Below are positions 8,422-18,462 of a stretch of DNA of 64,000 nt, piece by piece. The position numbers and the translations under genes were made by a program. A model generated the notes under the pieces. That model saw only the letters and a list, made by a program, of their open reading frames with translations. It made no database searches and had not been told where the DNA came from. Positions within the stretch are counted from its first letter, which is position 1; each line of letters opens with the position of its first letter. The DNA comes from Limnochordia bacterium (GTDB lineage Bacteria; Bacillota; Limnochordia; DTU080): assembly GCA_050951545.1 (NCBI GenBank), contig JBMNJG010000012.1:1-64000 (forward strand), read 5' to 3'.

Positions 8422-9959
8422 TTAGGGAGATTCTTGTTGGCGCAGGTGCAGCCCTGGTGGTCTTTGCAGCTCTGCAGGGGATCGACGTGACCCCAGTCAT
8501 CGTAGTGGGTGGCGTAGTGGCTGTCATTCGTCTGATGCTCGACGGACGGAACCTTGGGCGCCAATTTGAGACTTTGGGGGGCGGATCGTCTTCCAGCCTT
8601 GTGCCTTGCGTCACCTTTGCAGACATTGGCGGTCAGGAGGTAGCCAAACGGGAGCTCGTAGAGGCGCTTGAGCTGGTAAAAAGTCCTGAGAAGGCCAAGT
8701 GCCTAGGCATCAGGCCGCTTAAGGGCATTCTGCTGGCTGGGCCGCCGGGAACAGGAAAGACCCTTCTCGCCAAGGCAGCAGCTAGTTATACGGACTCTGC
8801 TTTCATAGCGGTTTCGGGCAGTGAGTTTGTCGAGATGTATGCAGGGGTTGGAGCCCAGCGAGTGCGCAAACTCTTCAAAGAGGCCAGCCTTCAGGCTGAG
8901 AGAATGGGTCGCCAATCTGCCATCGTTTTCATTGACGAGATAGAAGTACTGGGAGGTCGGCGCGGTCAGCATGCCAGCCATCTAGAGTACGATCAGACAC
9001 TCAATGAGTTGCTAGTACAGATGGATGGCATAGACAGTGAGAACAGATCAAAGCGCTTGCTTGTTCTAGGTGCCACGAACCGGCCTGATCTTCTCGATGG
9101 GGCTCTTCTGCGACCGGGACGTTTCGATCGTACAGTGAAGGTGGACTTACCGGACAAGGAAGGACGTCTTCACATCCTCAAGATTCACTCTCGCAACAGG
9201 CCTTTGGCTCTGGGTGTTGATCTGCAGCAACTTGCGAGAGATACCTATGGTTTCTCTGGCGCTCATCTGGAGGCTCTGATCAACGAAGGCGCCATATTAG
9301 CGATGCGGGCTGGTCGGCAGAGCATCGAGGAAGCCGATTTGAGGGAGGCCATCGACAAGGTGCTTATGGGGGAGCGCCTAGATCGCAGGCCAAGTGTCGA
9401 TGAGAAAACGCGGGTGGCTTATCACGAGACGGGTCACGCTCTCATTAGCGAGATGGTACGTCCTGGTTCTGTGTCATCCGTCACTGTAACCCCTCGGGGT
9501 GCGGCTATGGGATATATGCGTCAGAGCCCGGAAAACGATCGTTATCTGTATACCAAGCAGGATCTTTTGGACCAAATAGCTGTCTGCCTAGGCGGCGCAG
9601 TAGCCGAGGAGATCGCTCTAGGAAGTCGGAGCACGGGGGCGATCGGTGATTTCGAGAAGGCGGTCAACTTGGCAGGGAAGCTGATCAGCGCTGGCCTCTC
9701 AGGGCTAGGAATCATTGATGTCAATAGCGCTCCGACACAGATGGTCCATGAAGAGACTCGAAAGCTGATTGGTGCTCAAGAAGAGTATGTACGTATGCAG
9801 ATTGTGGCCTGCAAAGAGAAGCTGCAGGAGGTGGCCCAGTACCTGTTTGCCGAAGAGCATATTGGCGGTGGAGAGTTCCGCAGTATAATAGGGCCGACCC
9901 AGCCGCTTCCGCGAAGCATGTCAGACGAGATCTCTGCCACGCTGGCTGGGGCTGTCTAG
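8418..9959 (+). CDS. FtsH-like AAA+ zinc metalloprotease (short, no extracytoplasmic domain)
   Basis: Walker A GPPGTGKT, pore loop FVEMYAGVG, Walker B FIDE, SRH ATNRPDLLDGALLRPGRFD, HETGH, TGAIGD. Confidence 0.9.
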   Translation: MIREILVGAGAALVVFAALQGIDVTPVIVVGGVVAVIRLMLDGRNLGRQFETLGGGSSSSLVPCVTFADIGGQEVAKRELVEALELVKSPEKAKCLGIRPLKGILLAGPPGTGKTLLAKAAASYTDSAFIAVSGSEFVEMYAGVGAQRVRKLFKEASLQAERMGRQSAIVFIDEIEVLGGRRGQHASHLEYDQTLNELLVQMDGIDSENRSKRLLVLGATNRPDLLDGALLRPGRFDRTVKVDLPDKEGRLHILKIHSRNRPLALGVDLQQLARDTYGFSGAHLEALINEGAILAMRAGRQSIEEADLREAIDKVLMGERLDRRPSVDEKTRVAYHETGHALISEMVRPGSVSSVTVTPRGAAMGYMRQSPENDRYLYTKQDLLDQIAVCLGGAVAEEIALGSRSTGAIGDFEKAVNLAGKLISAGLSGLGIIDVNSAPTQMVHEETRKLIGAQEEYVRMQIVACKEKLQEVAQYLFAEEHIGGGEFRSIIGPTQPLPRSMSDEISATLAGAV

Positions 9960-10013
9960 TAAACAAGGCGCGGAGCAAATACCAGCCATCGCTCACCAGG
10001 GATGTGAAGCGCA

Positions 10014-10787
10014 ATGGCATGTGTCACCACTCTGCTTCAGCAGGCGCACCGTGTGACATTTCTCACTGGCGCGGGCATGTCGACGGAGTCGGGTCTGCCT
10101 GACTTTCGTAGCGATAAGGGTCTATGGCAACAGGAGGACCCAATGTATCTATTGAGTCGGCCGGCCCTCGAAGACCGGCCGCACGAGTTCTACGCGTTTT
10201 TCCGCAACAGCTTTCTGCCCTGGCAGCATGCTCAGCCAAACCGTGGCCATCGGGCGATTGCCAGACTCGAAGCTCTCGACTATGATGTAGCAGTGATCAC
10301 GCAGAATATCGATGGTTTGCATCAGAGGGCAGGATCTTCGCTGGTGCTTGAGCTCCATGGCCACCTACGCACGGTGGCTTGCACTCGCTGCAGGCGTGAT
10401 TACCCGCTAGCCGTCATTGCCACTCCAGATCATTCGTTACCTGTGTGTCGGGAGTGTAGTGCGCTACTCGAGCCTGCCGTCGTGTTGTTTGGTGATCCCC
10501 TGCCGCCTGGCCTTTTCGAACAAGCAGTTGAACGTATGGGCAGTACAGATGTGCTCTTAGTAGTAGGCACTTCGTTGATGGTCTCGCCAGTTAATTCGCT
10601 GATTCGGTTTGTTCCTCCCAGCGCTTCTTTGGTAGTCATCAATCATACGCCGACCTTGGCCGATTCACACGCAACCCTGGTGCTACGGGGGAAGGCAGGT
10701 GATATCCTGTGGGAGGCAGTGGATCAACTGGCAGATCTGAGGGGCTCTGGGTATGCAAATGATGGTGGCAGTGGTACCATGTTCTAG
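10014..10787 (+). CDS. cobB: Sir2-family NAD-dependent protein deacylase
   Basis: GAGMSTESGLPDFRS, TQNIDGLH, ELHG, CxxC/CxxC, GTS motifs. Confidence 0.92.
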   Translation: MACVTTLLQQAHRVTFLTGAGMSTESGLPDFRSDKGLWQQEDPMYLLSRPALEDRPHEFYAFFRNSFLPWQHAQPNRGHRAIARLEALDYDVAVITQNIDGLHQRAGSSLVLELHGHLRTVACTRCRRDYPLAVIATPDHSLPVCRECSALLEPAVVLFGDPLPPGLFEQAVERMGSTDVLLVVGTSLMVSPVNSLIRFVPPSASLVVINHTPTLADSHATLVLRGKAGDILWEAVDQLADLRGSGYANDGGSGTMF

Positions 10788-10824
10788 ACCGCACCCGTTG
10801 TGAATGAGGAAGGAAGGTCCGATA

Positions 10825-12519
10825 ATGTTTCGAGAGCGAATCGTTGCACTGGTGCGGGAGGCCCTGCCCGAAGGCCCTGCTCGTCATCTAGACATTGGGA
10901 CGATGGTAGAGGTGCCTCCTGATCCTACCTTAGGGGATTATGCCTTTCCTACCTTTGCTTTGGCAAGAGTACTCAAACAAGCACCGCCGCGAATAGCTAC
11001 GGGTTTGTCGAGTCGCCTTCAGCTACCCCCATGGCTCGAGCGCCTAGAAGTGGTGGGGGGCTACCTCAACTTCTTTATTGATAGAGGATTTATGGCTCGC
11101 GAGGTTCTCACACGCATCCAAGATGAGGGGGCTGAGTATGGCTCTTCTCACGAGGGGCAAGGCCGGACAGTGGTGATTGACTTCTCTTCTCCAAATATCG
11201 CCAAACCTGTGGCCGTGGGTTTGATACGTACTACGGTTCTTGGGCACGCCCTCTCTCGTATCTTCGGTTTCCAGGGGTATCGAGTGGAGCGGGTCAACCA
11301 CTTGGGTGACTGGGGAACTCAATGCGGCAAGTGGATTGTGGCTTACGAGCTATGGGGAGATGAGGAGCGGCTCAAGGTCCATCCTATCAAGGAGCTGTTT
11401 CAGCTTTATGTTCGCTTCCACCAAGAGGCTGAGACGCAACCTGAACTTGATGACCGTGCCCGAGAGGCTTTCCGTCGTCTTGAACAGGGCGACCCCGAGC
11501 TGCATGATCTGTGGTGGCGCTTTCGTGAGCTTTCCATAGAGGAATTCAAACGGGTGTATGCTCGAATGGGAATTGAGTTCGATTCCTTCGCTGGTGAGGC
11601 CTTCTACGAGGACAAGATGCCTGCTGTGGTAGACATGTTAGCGGAGAGGGGCCTGCTGGAGGAGAGCGAAGGGGCGACTATTGTCGAGTTAGAAGATCTG
11701 CCGCCTTGTCTTATCAAGAAGAGCGACGGGAGTACCCTTTATGCCACGCGGGATCTTGCCGCGGCCCTGTACCGTTGGCAGCACTATCGTCCGGCTCTAG
11801 TACTCTATGTCGTGGGAGCCCCGCAACAGCTTCATTTCCAGCAGGTTTTCGCGGTGCTACGTCGATTGGGTTTGGATTGGGTGGCTGGCTATGAACACGT
11901 TCCTTTTGGCACCATACGTCTTGGAGACGAGGCCATGTCTACGCGCAAGGGCAATGTGGTCTTTCTCGAGGATGTCCTCGATGAGGCTAGTGCGCGTGCC
12001 CAGGCGATCACGGACGAACGAAACCCTGGCCTGGCGGACAAGGAGGAAGTGGCTGAAGCTGTCGGTATCGGTGCCGTGATCTTTCACTTCCTGATGTTTA
12101 GCCGGATGAAAGATATAGCGTTTGACTGGGATGCGGCTCTCAACTGCGAAGGGGATTCAGGTCCGTATGTGCAATACACATACGCACGTGCAAGCAGCGT
12201 ACTTCGTCGAGCGGACACCGCCATCTTGTCAGCGACGGAGCTAGACACGGAGGCGTTGGTGGAGCCTGAGGAAATGGCCCTGCTGAAGGAGCTCGGGCGT
12301 TTCGGAGCGGTGGTTGCTTCAGCGGAAGCTGGCCGGGAGCCGTCGGTAGTCGCCAGGTATCTTTTGGAATTGTGCCGCGTCTTTAATGGCTTCTACCACG
12401 CACACCGCATCATAGGCAGCGATCTGATGGCAGAGCGGTTGGCGCTCCTGGATGCTACACGAACGGTAATCCGCAATGGGCTCTACCTGCTGGGTGTGCA
12501 GGTGCCGGAGGAGATGTAG
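10825..12519 (+). CDS. argS: Arginine--tRNA ligase
   Basis: GDYA, DFSSPNIAKP, NHLGDWGTQ, YATRDLA, MSTRKG, GPYVQYTYAR, C-terminal PEEM. Confidence 0.95.
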   Translation: MFRERIVALVREALPEGPARHLDIGTMVEVPPDPTLGDYAFPTFALARVLKQAPPRIATGLSSRLQLPPWLERLEVVGGYLNFFIDRGFMAREVLTRIQDEGAEYGSSHEGQGRTVVIDFSSPNIAKPVAVGLIRTTVLGHALSRIFGFQGYRVERVNHLGDWGTQCGKWIVAYELWGDEERLKVHPIKELFQLYVRFHQEAETQPELDDRAREAFRRLEQGDPELHDLWWRFRELSIEEFKRVYARMGIEFDSFAGEAFYEDKMPAVVDMLAERGLLEESEGATIVELEDLPPCLIKKSDGSTLYATRDLAAALYRWQHYRPALVLYVVGAPQQLHFQQVFAVLRRLGLDWVAGYEHVPFGTIRLGDEAMSTRKGNVVFLEDVLDEASARAQAITDERNPGLADKEEVAEAVGIGAVIFHFLMFSRMKDIAFDWDAALNCEGDSGPYVQYTYARASSVLRRADTAILSATELDTEALVEPEEMALLKELGRFGAVVASAEAGREPSVVARYLLELCRVFNGFYHAHRIIGSDLMAERLALLDATRTVIRNGLYLLGVQVPEEM

Positions 12520-12555
12520 GCAACGCCTTCTTCATTTGACCATCTGTTGGCATGA

Positions 12556-12582
12556 GAGGGAACTCGCCGTCGTTCAGCGAAT
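12556..12582 (+). promoter_or_regulatory. Sigma-H-like promoter
   Basis: GAGGGA-N17-GAAT upstream of the DUF3084 gene. Confidence 0.35.
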
Positions 12583-12618
12583 CGAGTCCTAAGGTGGTCT
12601 GCGAGAGGAAGGATCAGG

Positions 12619-13845
12619 ATGGGTTTTGGCCTTGGCTTGATGGTCCTCCTGATGATCGTAGGCGGCTTTGCCGCCTATCAAGGTGACAAGGTTGGCAGGT
12701 TTGCGGGCAGGCGTCGCCTCAGCATTCTTGGCTTGCGCCCCCGCTATACCTCGCGAATCATCACGATTATCACTGGCGTGATAATCGTGATGTTTACGCT
12801 CGTGAGCCTTATTCTTTTGAGCGAGAACGTACGGCAAGCTCTTTTTGGTATGGAGCAGCTACGAGCATCTGTAGAGGCTTTGTCGACAGACTTGAGCGAC
12901 AGAAACATCGAACTCTCTGTGCTGGAAAAGCAACGAACAGAGCTTTCTGGGGCGATCTCTCGTCTGTCTCAGGAAAATACGAGCCTACAGACGCGTAACG
13001 ATGAACTGAAGCAGCAGAGGGACGCTCTGACAGAGCAAACACAGCATTTGATAGCAGAACGCGATAAGCTCGAGACGGAGCGCGTCTTTCTGGTCAGCCA
13101 GTTGGGAAACCTGCGCACAGCGGGTGAATACTACTTCGATCAGGCTAGTCGCCTGCAACAGGCCAACTTTAGCTTGCGCCAGGCAAACTTCGTTCACCAC
13201 GCGCTCGACGTTCTGAGTTCTCGGACGGTCGATGCTAGCGAGTCGGAGGCCGTCTTGCGTCAGCAGCTGCAAGAACTTGTAGATGAGGCCAACGCTAAGG
13301 TTCTTCGCCGGAGTTTTGGTCAGGGCGATAGCGGTGTGGGGGTACGAATTGACCGGGTCATCGTAGAGGAGGGTGACCTCTATACGCCAGTGAGCGCTGA
13401 GACCGTTATCGATCTGGCAGCGAAGGCGATCAAAGAAGATCCGGGTACAGAGAGTGTCATTGTGCAGCTAGTGGCGATTACCAACACTGCTCCAGGGGAG
13501 ATCGTTCAGGCTGATTTTAATCTCATCAGGAATCTGAGTGTCTTTGCTCGTGGGGAGGTTGTCGCTCGGCGTGTCTTTGATGGAAGCAAGAGACCGAGCG
13601 TGATTTTTGAGGAGCTCGTCCTGTGGATACAGAGTGAAGTACGGGAGACGGCCCGCAACAGGGGCATGATGCCGCAAGATGATGGAACCTTCGGTGGGGT
13701 GCCCCCGGGGCAAGCCTATGAGGTGGTTGAGTACATCGCACTTCATGGCAGCGAAATAGAACTGGTGGCCTTTGCCGCGCAGGAGTGCTGGACGAGGGGG
13801 CCTTTGGTGCTCGGCTTTGCGGTGAGGTTGGTCGAGTCGCAGTAG
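12619..13845 (+). CDS. DUF3084 domain protein (two TM helices plus a long coiled coil)
   Basis: GGFAAYQGDKVGRFAGRRRLSILGLRPRYTSRIITIITG signature followed by heptad repeats. Confidence 0.85.
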   Translation: MGFGLGLMVLLMIVGGFAAYQGDKVGRFAGRRRLSILGLRPRYTSRIITIITGVIIVMFTLVSLILLSENVRQALFGMEQLRASVEALSTDLSDRNIELSVLEKQRTELSGAISRLSQENTSLQTRNDELKQQRDALTEQTQHLIAERDKLETERVFLVSQLGNLRTAGEYYFDQASRLQQANFSLRQANFVHHALDVLSSRTVDASESEAVLRQQLQELVDEANAKVLRRSFGQGDSGVGVRIDRVIVEEGDLYTPVSAETVIDLAAKAIKEDPGTESVIVQLVAITNTAPGEIVQADFNLIRNLSVFARGEVVARRVFDGSKRPSVIFEELVLWIQSEVRETARNRGMMPQDDGTFGGVPPGQAYEVVEYIALHGSEIELVAFAAQECWTRGPLVLGFAVRLVESQ

Positions 13846-13862
13846 TGGGAGTGTGCTGGCTG

Positions 13863-14381
13863 TTGAGCATATGCAGGCGACCTAGCTGGGATACGTACTT
13901 TATCGAGATGGCTCGTTTGACGGCGAGCAGGGCTACATGCCCACGGCGCAGGGTGGGTGCCGTGCTCGTACGCGATCATCGTGTGTTGGCGACGGGGTAT
14001 AACGGTTCCGTTCGCGGTGCACCTCATTGTGATGATGTGGGATGTCTGATTGCGAAACAGGATGGCCGCGACTCATGTATCCGTACCGTGCACGCAGAAC
14101 TCAACGCTATCCTGCATTGCGCACTTAACGGGGTATCGAGTGCCGGTTCAACCCTGTATTGCACTGATTTCCCTTGTATGTGGTGTGCGAAAGCCCTCGT
14201 TCAAGCCGGGATAGAGCGAATCATCTATCTTTCCGAGTACCCTGATGTGCACTCCAGCTCGATGCTTCGAGAAGCTGGCATTTCCTTGTTCAAGGCTGTC
14301 AGAGATGACGAGGACGACGGGTATCGGCTGGTACAGCCGTCCGAGCCTTGCGAGCATTCGAATGAAGAGTCCTCACATTGA
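13863..14381 (+). CDS. dCMP deaminase / ComEB family protein
   Basis: RPSWDTYF, RATCPRRRVGA, TGYNG, HAELNA, PCMWC; start uncertain. Confidence 0.88.
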   Translation: MSICRRPSWDTYFIEMARLTASRATCPRRRVGAVLVRDHRVLATGYNGSVRGAPHCDDVGCLIAKQDGRDSCIRTVHAELNAILHCALNGVSSAGSTLYCTDFPCMWCAKALVQAGIERIIYLSEYPDVHSSSMLREAGISLFKAVRDDEDDGYRLVQPSEPCEHSNEESSH

Positions 14382-14418
14382 TACCGTGGCGTAGAAGGTC
14401 GTCGAGGGAGGTGTCCAT

Positions 14419-14898
14419 GTGGCAAGAAACCGCAGCTTGACCGGCGAGGCAATGGCTTCATTTGCTCTTGCTTGGCTGGCGATTCTGGTCTGGCACGGTC
14501 TTTTGCCCTGGTTTGGATGGATCGAGCGGGTCGTACTGCGACCGGGGCCCTGGGGCGAGCTGTTTGGGTTGCTTTTTATCAGTGGCAGTTACTATGTCAT
14601 GCTGTGCGTCATTCTGTTCTTTGCGGATAGAATGAATGCTCTTGTCCATCCGATTTCGACGGCCTACTTTGGAGGTTGGTGGCTAATTGTGCTGCTTGCT
14701 GCTCTTAGCGTGTTGAGCCCATCCTTCAATAGCATCCTTGGCTTGAGCGTCACGGGATCGGGAGCCAATCTCGTCTTCATCACTTTGTTTGTCGGGGCCG
14801 CCAAATACTGGGTGGATGGGTATCTACATCCGCCTCCCACCGTCTCAAAGGCCGAGCAAGACCAGCAACGGGAGGATTCCAATGACAGACCTGCGTGA
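14419..14898 (+). CDS. Hypothetical membrane protein (about 4 TM)
   Basis: GGAGGTG RBS; four hydrophobic segments; overlaps the next gene. Confidence 0.65.
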   Translation: MARNRSLTGEAMASFALAWLAILVWHGLLPWFGWIERVVLRPGPWGELFGLLFISGSYYVMLCVILFFADRMNALVHPISTAYFGGWWLIVLLAALSVLSPSFNSILGLSVTGSGANLVFITLFVGAAKYWVDGYLHPPPTVSKAEQDQQREDSNDRPA

Positions 14899-15487
14899 GA
14901 TTGTTCTAACCATCCCTGTGTTTTTGCTGGCGATCTCGATCCATGAGTACGCTCATGCCCTAGTGGCAGTGCGTTTGGGCGATCCCACGCCGCGCTACCA
15001 GGGGAGGCTTACTCTGAGCTTTCATTCGCATTTCTCGTGGTTGGGGGCACTTATGCTGATCATTGCTGGCATAGGTTGGGCGAAGCCAGTGGAAGTCAAT
15101 GCGCGCAATCTCAGGAATCCAAGGCAAGATATGCTCTGGATCAGTGTGGCCGGACCCGTCGCCAACCTCATGCTGGCCGTGGCCTTCGCTATCCTGACGC
15201 GTGTAGTCGAGCCGTTGCTGCCGATGAGTCCGGTGGGAAGATCCATTTTCGCCATGTTGTACCTGGGGGTTCGTCTCAACGTGTTGCTTGCCGCGTTCAA
15301 TCTGATTCCTGTTCCGCCTCTCGATGGGGCCAAGGTGGCCAACGCTCTGTTACCAGTGCGTTGGGGACAGGTCCTCGAAAGCGTCGAACCATGGGGTTTT
15401 GTGATCATTTACATTCTCTTACGCTTCTTTGGTCTAGACCAACTGCTGTACTCGGTGGCTGCCACAGGGTCACGGATTCTCTTGTAG
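14882..15487 (+). CDS. Site-2 protease family (peptidase M50)
   Basis: HEYAH, GWAKPV, AGPVAN, FNLIPVPPLDG; GGAGG RBS before ATG 14882. Confidence 0.92.
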   Translation: MTDLREIVLTIPVFLLAISIHEYAHALVAVRLGDPTPRYQGRLTLSFHSHFSWLGALMLIIAGIGWAKPVEVNARNLRNPRQDMLWISVAGPVANLMLAVAFAILTRVVEPLLPMSPVGRSIFAMLYLGVRLNVLLAAFNLIPVPPLDGAKVANALLPVRWGQVLESVEPWGFVIIYILLRFFGLDQLLYSVAATGSRILL

Positions 15488-15502
15488 GGATTGGAGTCGA
15501 TC

Positions 15503-16744
15503 ATGCAGGCTGAACTGGTGATGGTGGGGACAGAACTACTCCTGGGTGAGGTGCTAGACACCAACGCTCAGTGGTTAGCTGCAAAGCTGGCCGAGATCGG
15601 CGTCCACCTCTACTTCAAAAGCACGGTAGGTGACAATCGGACTCGACTGGCATTGGTGCTGACTCAGGCCCTATCTCGTTCAGACGTGGTAATCGTCAGT
15701 GGTGGCCTGGGACCGACCGAGGATGACCTTACGCGAGAGGTCGTGGCGGGCGTGGTTGGGCGACCACTGCTGCACTGCGCGGAGGCAGAGCTGCATGTTC
15801 GCCAGCATTTCCAGCACATCGAACGCCCAATGCCTAATCGTGTTTTGCGTCAGGCGTGGTTACCTCAGGGGGCGACGCCTATTCCAAATGCGCGAGGCAC
15901 GGCGATGGGAATATGGCTTGAGATGGGAACCAAACTGCTTATCGCACTTCCGGGCGTACCTTCTGAACTAACGGCTATGACAGAGAGCTTTGTTCTACCT
16001 AGGCTAGTTGGGCGTGAAGGTACTCACATTACCCATTCGCGTGTGCTACGATTCTGGGGTATTGGCGAGTCGAGCCTCGAGGAAATGGTGGAGGATCTCA
16101 TCCGAGAGCAAACCAACCCGACCATTGCTCCCTATGCCAGTGTCGGTGAGGCTCGTCTGCGACTCACTGCTCATGCCGCAACGATCTCCGAGGCGCAGGC
16201 GATGATAGAGCCTTTGGAGCAGGAGATTCGTAAGCGAGCTGGCTATCTCCTCTATGGAACTGACGAGAGCAGTCTGGAGCAGGTAGTGGGTGAGCTGCTA
16301 GTGGCCAGAGCTGCTACCTTAGCTACTGCAGAATCCTGTACAGGAGGCCAGCTGGCGCATCGGTTAACCAATGTGCCTGGTAGCTCTCGCTACTTCCTAC
16401 GCGGTTGGGTGACGTATAGCAACGAAGCGAAGACGGCGGAGTTGGCCGTACCCAGTGAAATGCTGGCCTGCCATGGGGCAGTTAGCGCTGAGGTGGCAGA
16501 AGCCATGGCCATAGGTGCACGTCAATCCGCTGCCAGCACCTACGCCCTGGCGACTACAGGTATTGCAGGTCCTGGGGGGGGCACTGCACAAAAACCCGTA
16601 GGCCTGGTCTATATTGGCCTGGCGGGGCCGGTGGAACCAACGCAAGTCATTGAATGTCGTTTTCGTGGTGACCGCACGGATTTCAAGACGCGGGCAAGCT
16701 CAGCAGGGCTCGATCTGTTACGCCTTCGTTTGCTGGAAACGTAG
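15503..16744 (+). CDS. cinA: Competence/damage-inducible protein CinA (NMN deamidase fusion)
   Basis: GTELLLG, GGLGPTEDDLT, PGVPSE, AESCTGG, TGIAGPGGG..KPVGLV. Confidence 0.93.
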   Translation: MQAELVMVGTELLLGEVLDTNAQWLAAKLAEIGVHLYFKSTVGDNRTRLALVLTQALSRSDVVIVSGGLGPTEDDLTREVVAGVVGRPLLHCAEAELHVRQHFQHIERPMPNRVLRQAWLPQGATPIPNARGTAMGIWLEMGTKLLIALPGVPSELTAMTESFVLPRLVGREGTHITHSRVLRFWGIGESSLEEMVEDLIREQTNPTIAPYASVGEARLRLTAHAATISEAQAMIEPLEQEIRKRAGYLLYGTDESSLEQVVGELLVARAATLATAESCTGGQLAHRLTNVPGSSRYFLRGWVTYSNEAKTAELAVPSEMLACHGAVSAEVAEAMAIGARQSAASTYALATTGIAGPGGGTAQKPVGLVYIGLAGPVEPTQVIECRFRGDRTDFKTRASSAGLDLLRLRLLET

Positions 16745-16826
16745 GGTCTGTTGAAGGAGGTGTCCTTCTCTGCGTCGAAGTGCTGAAAAACCAGCCATTC
16801 TGGCGAAACGTGAGAACGGCCGTCTG

Positions 16827-17426
16827 ATGCGTGTCTTTGTGGCTCTACCCCTTTCAAACTCAGTTACGCATGCCCTAGTCTGTCTGATGCGACAAGCATG
16901 TGACCAATCATCCGAGGTTCGTTGGGTATCATCATCCAATCTCCATCTGACGCTCCGTTTTCTTGGTGATATCCCGGTCGAGGATGTAGCGTCTGTCTAT
17001 GACGCTTGCGCGCAAGCTGCCAATGCCGAAGCACTCAGACTCGTTGTCAGAGGTACAGGGGCCTTTCCCAGTTGGCATAGGCCGTCGGTCCTGTGGGCTG
17101 GGGTGTCTGGCATGACGGCGTCTCTCCACCAGCTAGCCGCTCAGGTGGAGCACGAGCTCGTACGGGTCGGCTTTGATCCGACGGATCGGCCGTTTAGGCC
17201 ACATGTGACCCTAGGACGTTGCCGTTCTGGTTGCTCAAAGGAAGTATGCCAGCGCTTGCAGGCAGCTGGCGAACAGCTTCATGAGCCCTGGCTTGCTGAC
17301 ACGATGGTAATTTATCAGAGCGTTCTTTCTCAGCGGGGACCGAGGTACACAGCGCTGGGCCGCATAAAGCTAGGCGGCGTCCCGAGAGTGGGAGAAGCGG
17401 AGAGAGGGAAGCAGAGTGTCGACTGA
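16827..17426 (+). CDS. thpR: RNA 2',3'-cyclic phosphodiesterase (2H family)
   Basis: Two HxT motifs, HLTLRFLG and PHVTLGR. Confidence 0.9.
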   Translation: MRVFVALPLSNSVTHALVCLMRQACDQSSEVRWVSSSNLHLTLRFLGDIPVEDVASVYDACAQAANAEALRLVVRGTGAFPSWHRPSVLWAGVSGMTASLHQLAAQVEHELVRVGFDPTDRPFRPHVTLGRCRSGCSKEVCQRLQAAGEQLHEPWLADTMVIYQSVLSQRGPRYTALGRIKLGGVPRVGEAERGKQSVD

Positions 17427-18462
17427 TGAACGGCATAAGGCCCTAGAAATGGCACTTGCACAAATTGAGAAGCAACACGGTAAGGGTTCCATCATGCGCT
17501 TAGGAGAGGCCTCCGCTGGACTTGCCGTGGAGTGCATATCCACCGGGGCGCTCTCGCTTGATATAGCTCTGGGTATTGGGGGCATTCCCAGAGGGCGCGT
17601 CGTCGAGGTGTTTGGGCCCGAGGCATCGGGTAAGACCACGCTGACGCTGCATGTGATGGCTGAAGCCCAGAAGGCTGGCGGCATGGCGGCCATGATTGAT
17701 GTGGAGCATGCGCTCGATCCGAGCTATGCCCAGAGACTGGGTGTAGACACTGACAACTTACTTATCTCGCAGCCCGATAACGCGGAGAGCGCTCTTGAGA
17801 TTGCCGAGGCGTTAGTGCGCAGTGGTGCTATTGACTGTGTGGTCATCGACTCGGTGGCAGCTCTAGTGCCACGAGCCGAGATCGAGGGTGAGATGGGCGA
17901 CAGCCATGTCGGCCTGCAGGCGCGTCTGATGTCTCAAGCTTTGCGCAAGCTTACTGGTGCAATTAGCAAGTCGCGGACCGCTGTGATCTTCACGAATCAG
18001 ATTCGTGAAAAAGTGGGTGTGATGTTCGGTTCGCCCGAAACGACTCCAGGAGGGAGAGCTCTGAAGTTCTATGCGTCGATACGCCTCGACGTCCGCCGTG
18101 TAGAAACGCTCAAGCAGGGCAATGAAAACATAGGCAACCGAACAAGAGTGAAGGTAGTGAAGAACAAGGTTGCGCCACCGTTTCGAGAGGCTGAGTTCGA
18201 CATTATCTACGGCCAAGGTATCTCGCGTGAGGGAAGCATCTTGGATGTCGCTGTTGACCAAGAGGTGGTGCAAAAAAGTGGAGCCTGGTTCTCCTATGGT
18301 GATACGCGTCTAGGTCAAGGACGAGAGAATGTCCGTGAGTTTCTGCGACAGAATCCGGCGCTGACCAATGAGATTGAGGCTCTGACCCGTGAGAAACTGG
18401 ACCTACCCGGGATTTCCCAGAGTGAAGAGGCGACAACGGACTCTACGGCCGAGCAGAAATGA
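17416..18462 (+). CDS. recA: Recombinase RecA
   Basis: [43 protein letters not shown]. Confidence 0.98.
   Translation: MSTDERHKALEMALAQIEKQHGKGSIMRLGEASAGLAVECISTGALSLDIALGIGGIPRGRVVEVFGPEASGKTTLTLHVMAEAQKAGGMAAMIDVEHALDPSYAQRLGVDTDNLLISQPDNAESALEIAEALVRSGAIDCVVIDSVAALVPRAEIEGEMGDSHVGLQARLMSQALRKLTGAISKSRTAVIFTNQIREKVGVMFGSPETTPGGRALKFYASIRLDVRRVETLKQGNENIGNRTRVKVVKNKVAPPFREAEFDIIYGQGISREGSILDVAVDQEVVQKSGAWFSYGDTRLGQGRENVREFLRQNPALTNEIEALTREKLDLPGISQSEEATTDSTAEQK

Noticed and set aside
16811-16826. LexA (Cheo) box upstream of thpR-recA (AGAACGGCCGTCTG)
   Set aside because: The right half-site GTCT departs from GTTC; too weak to call
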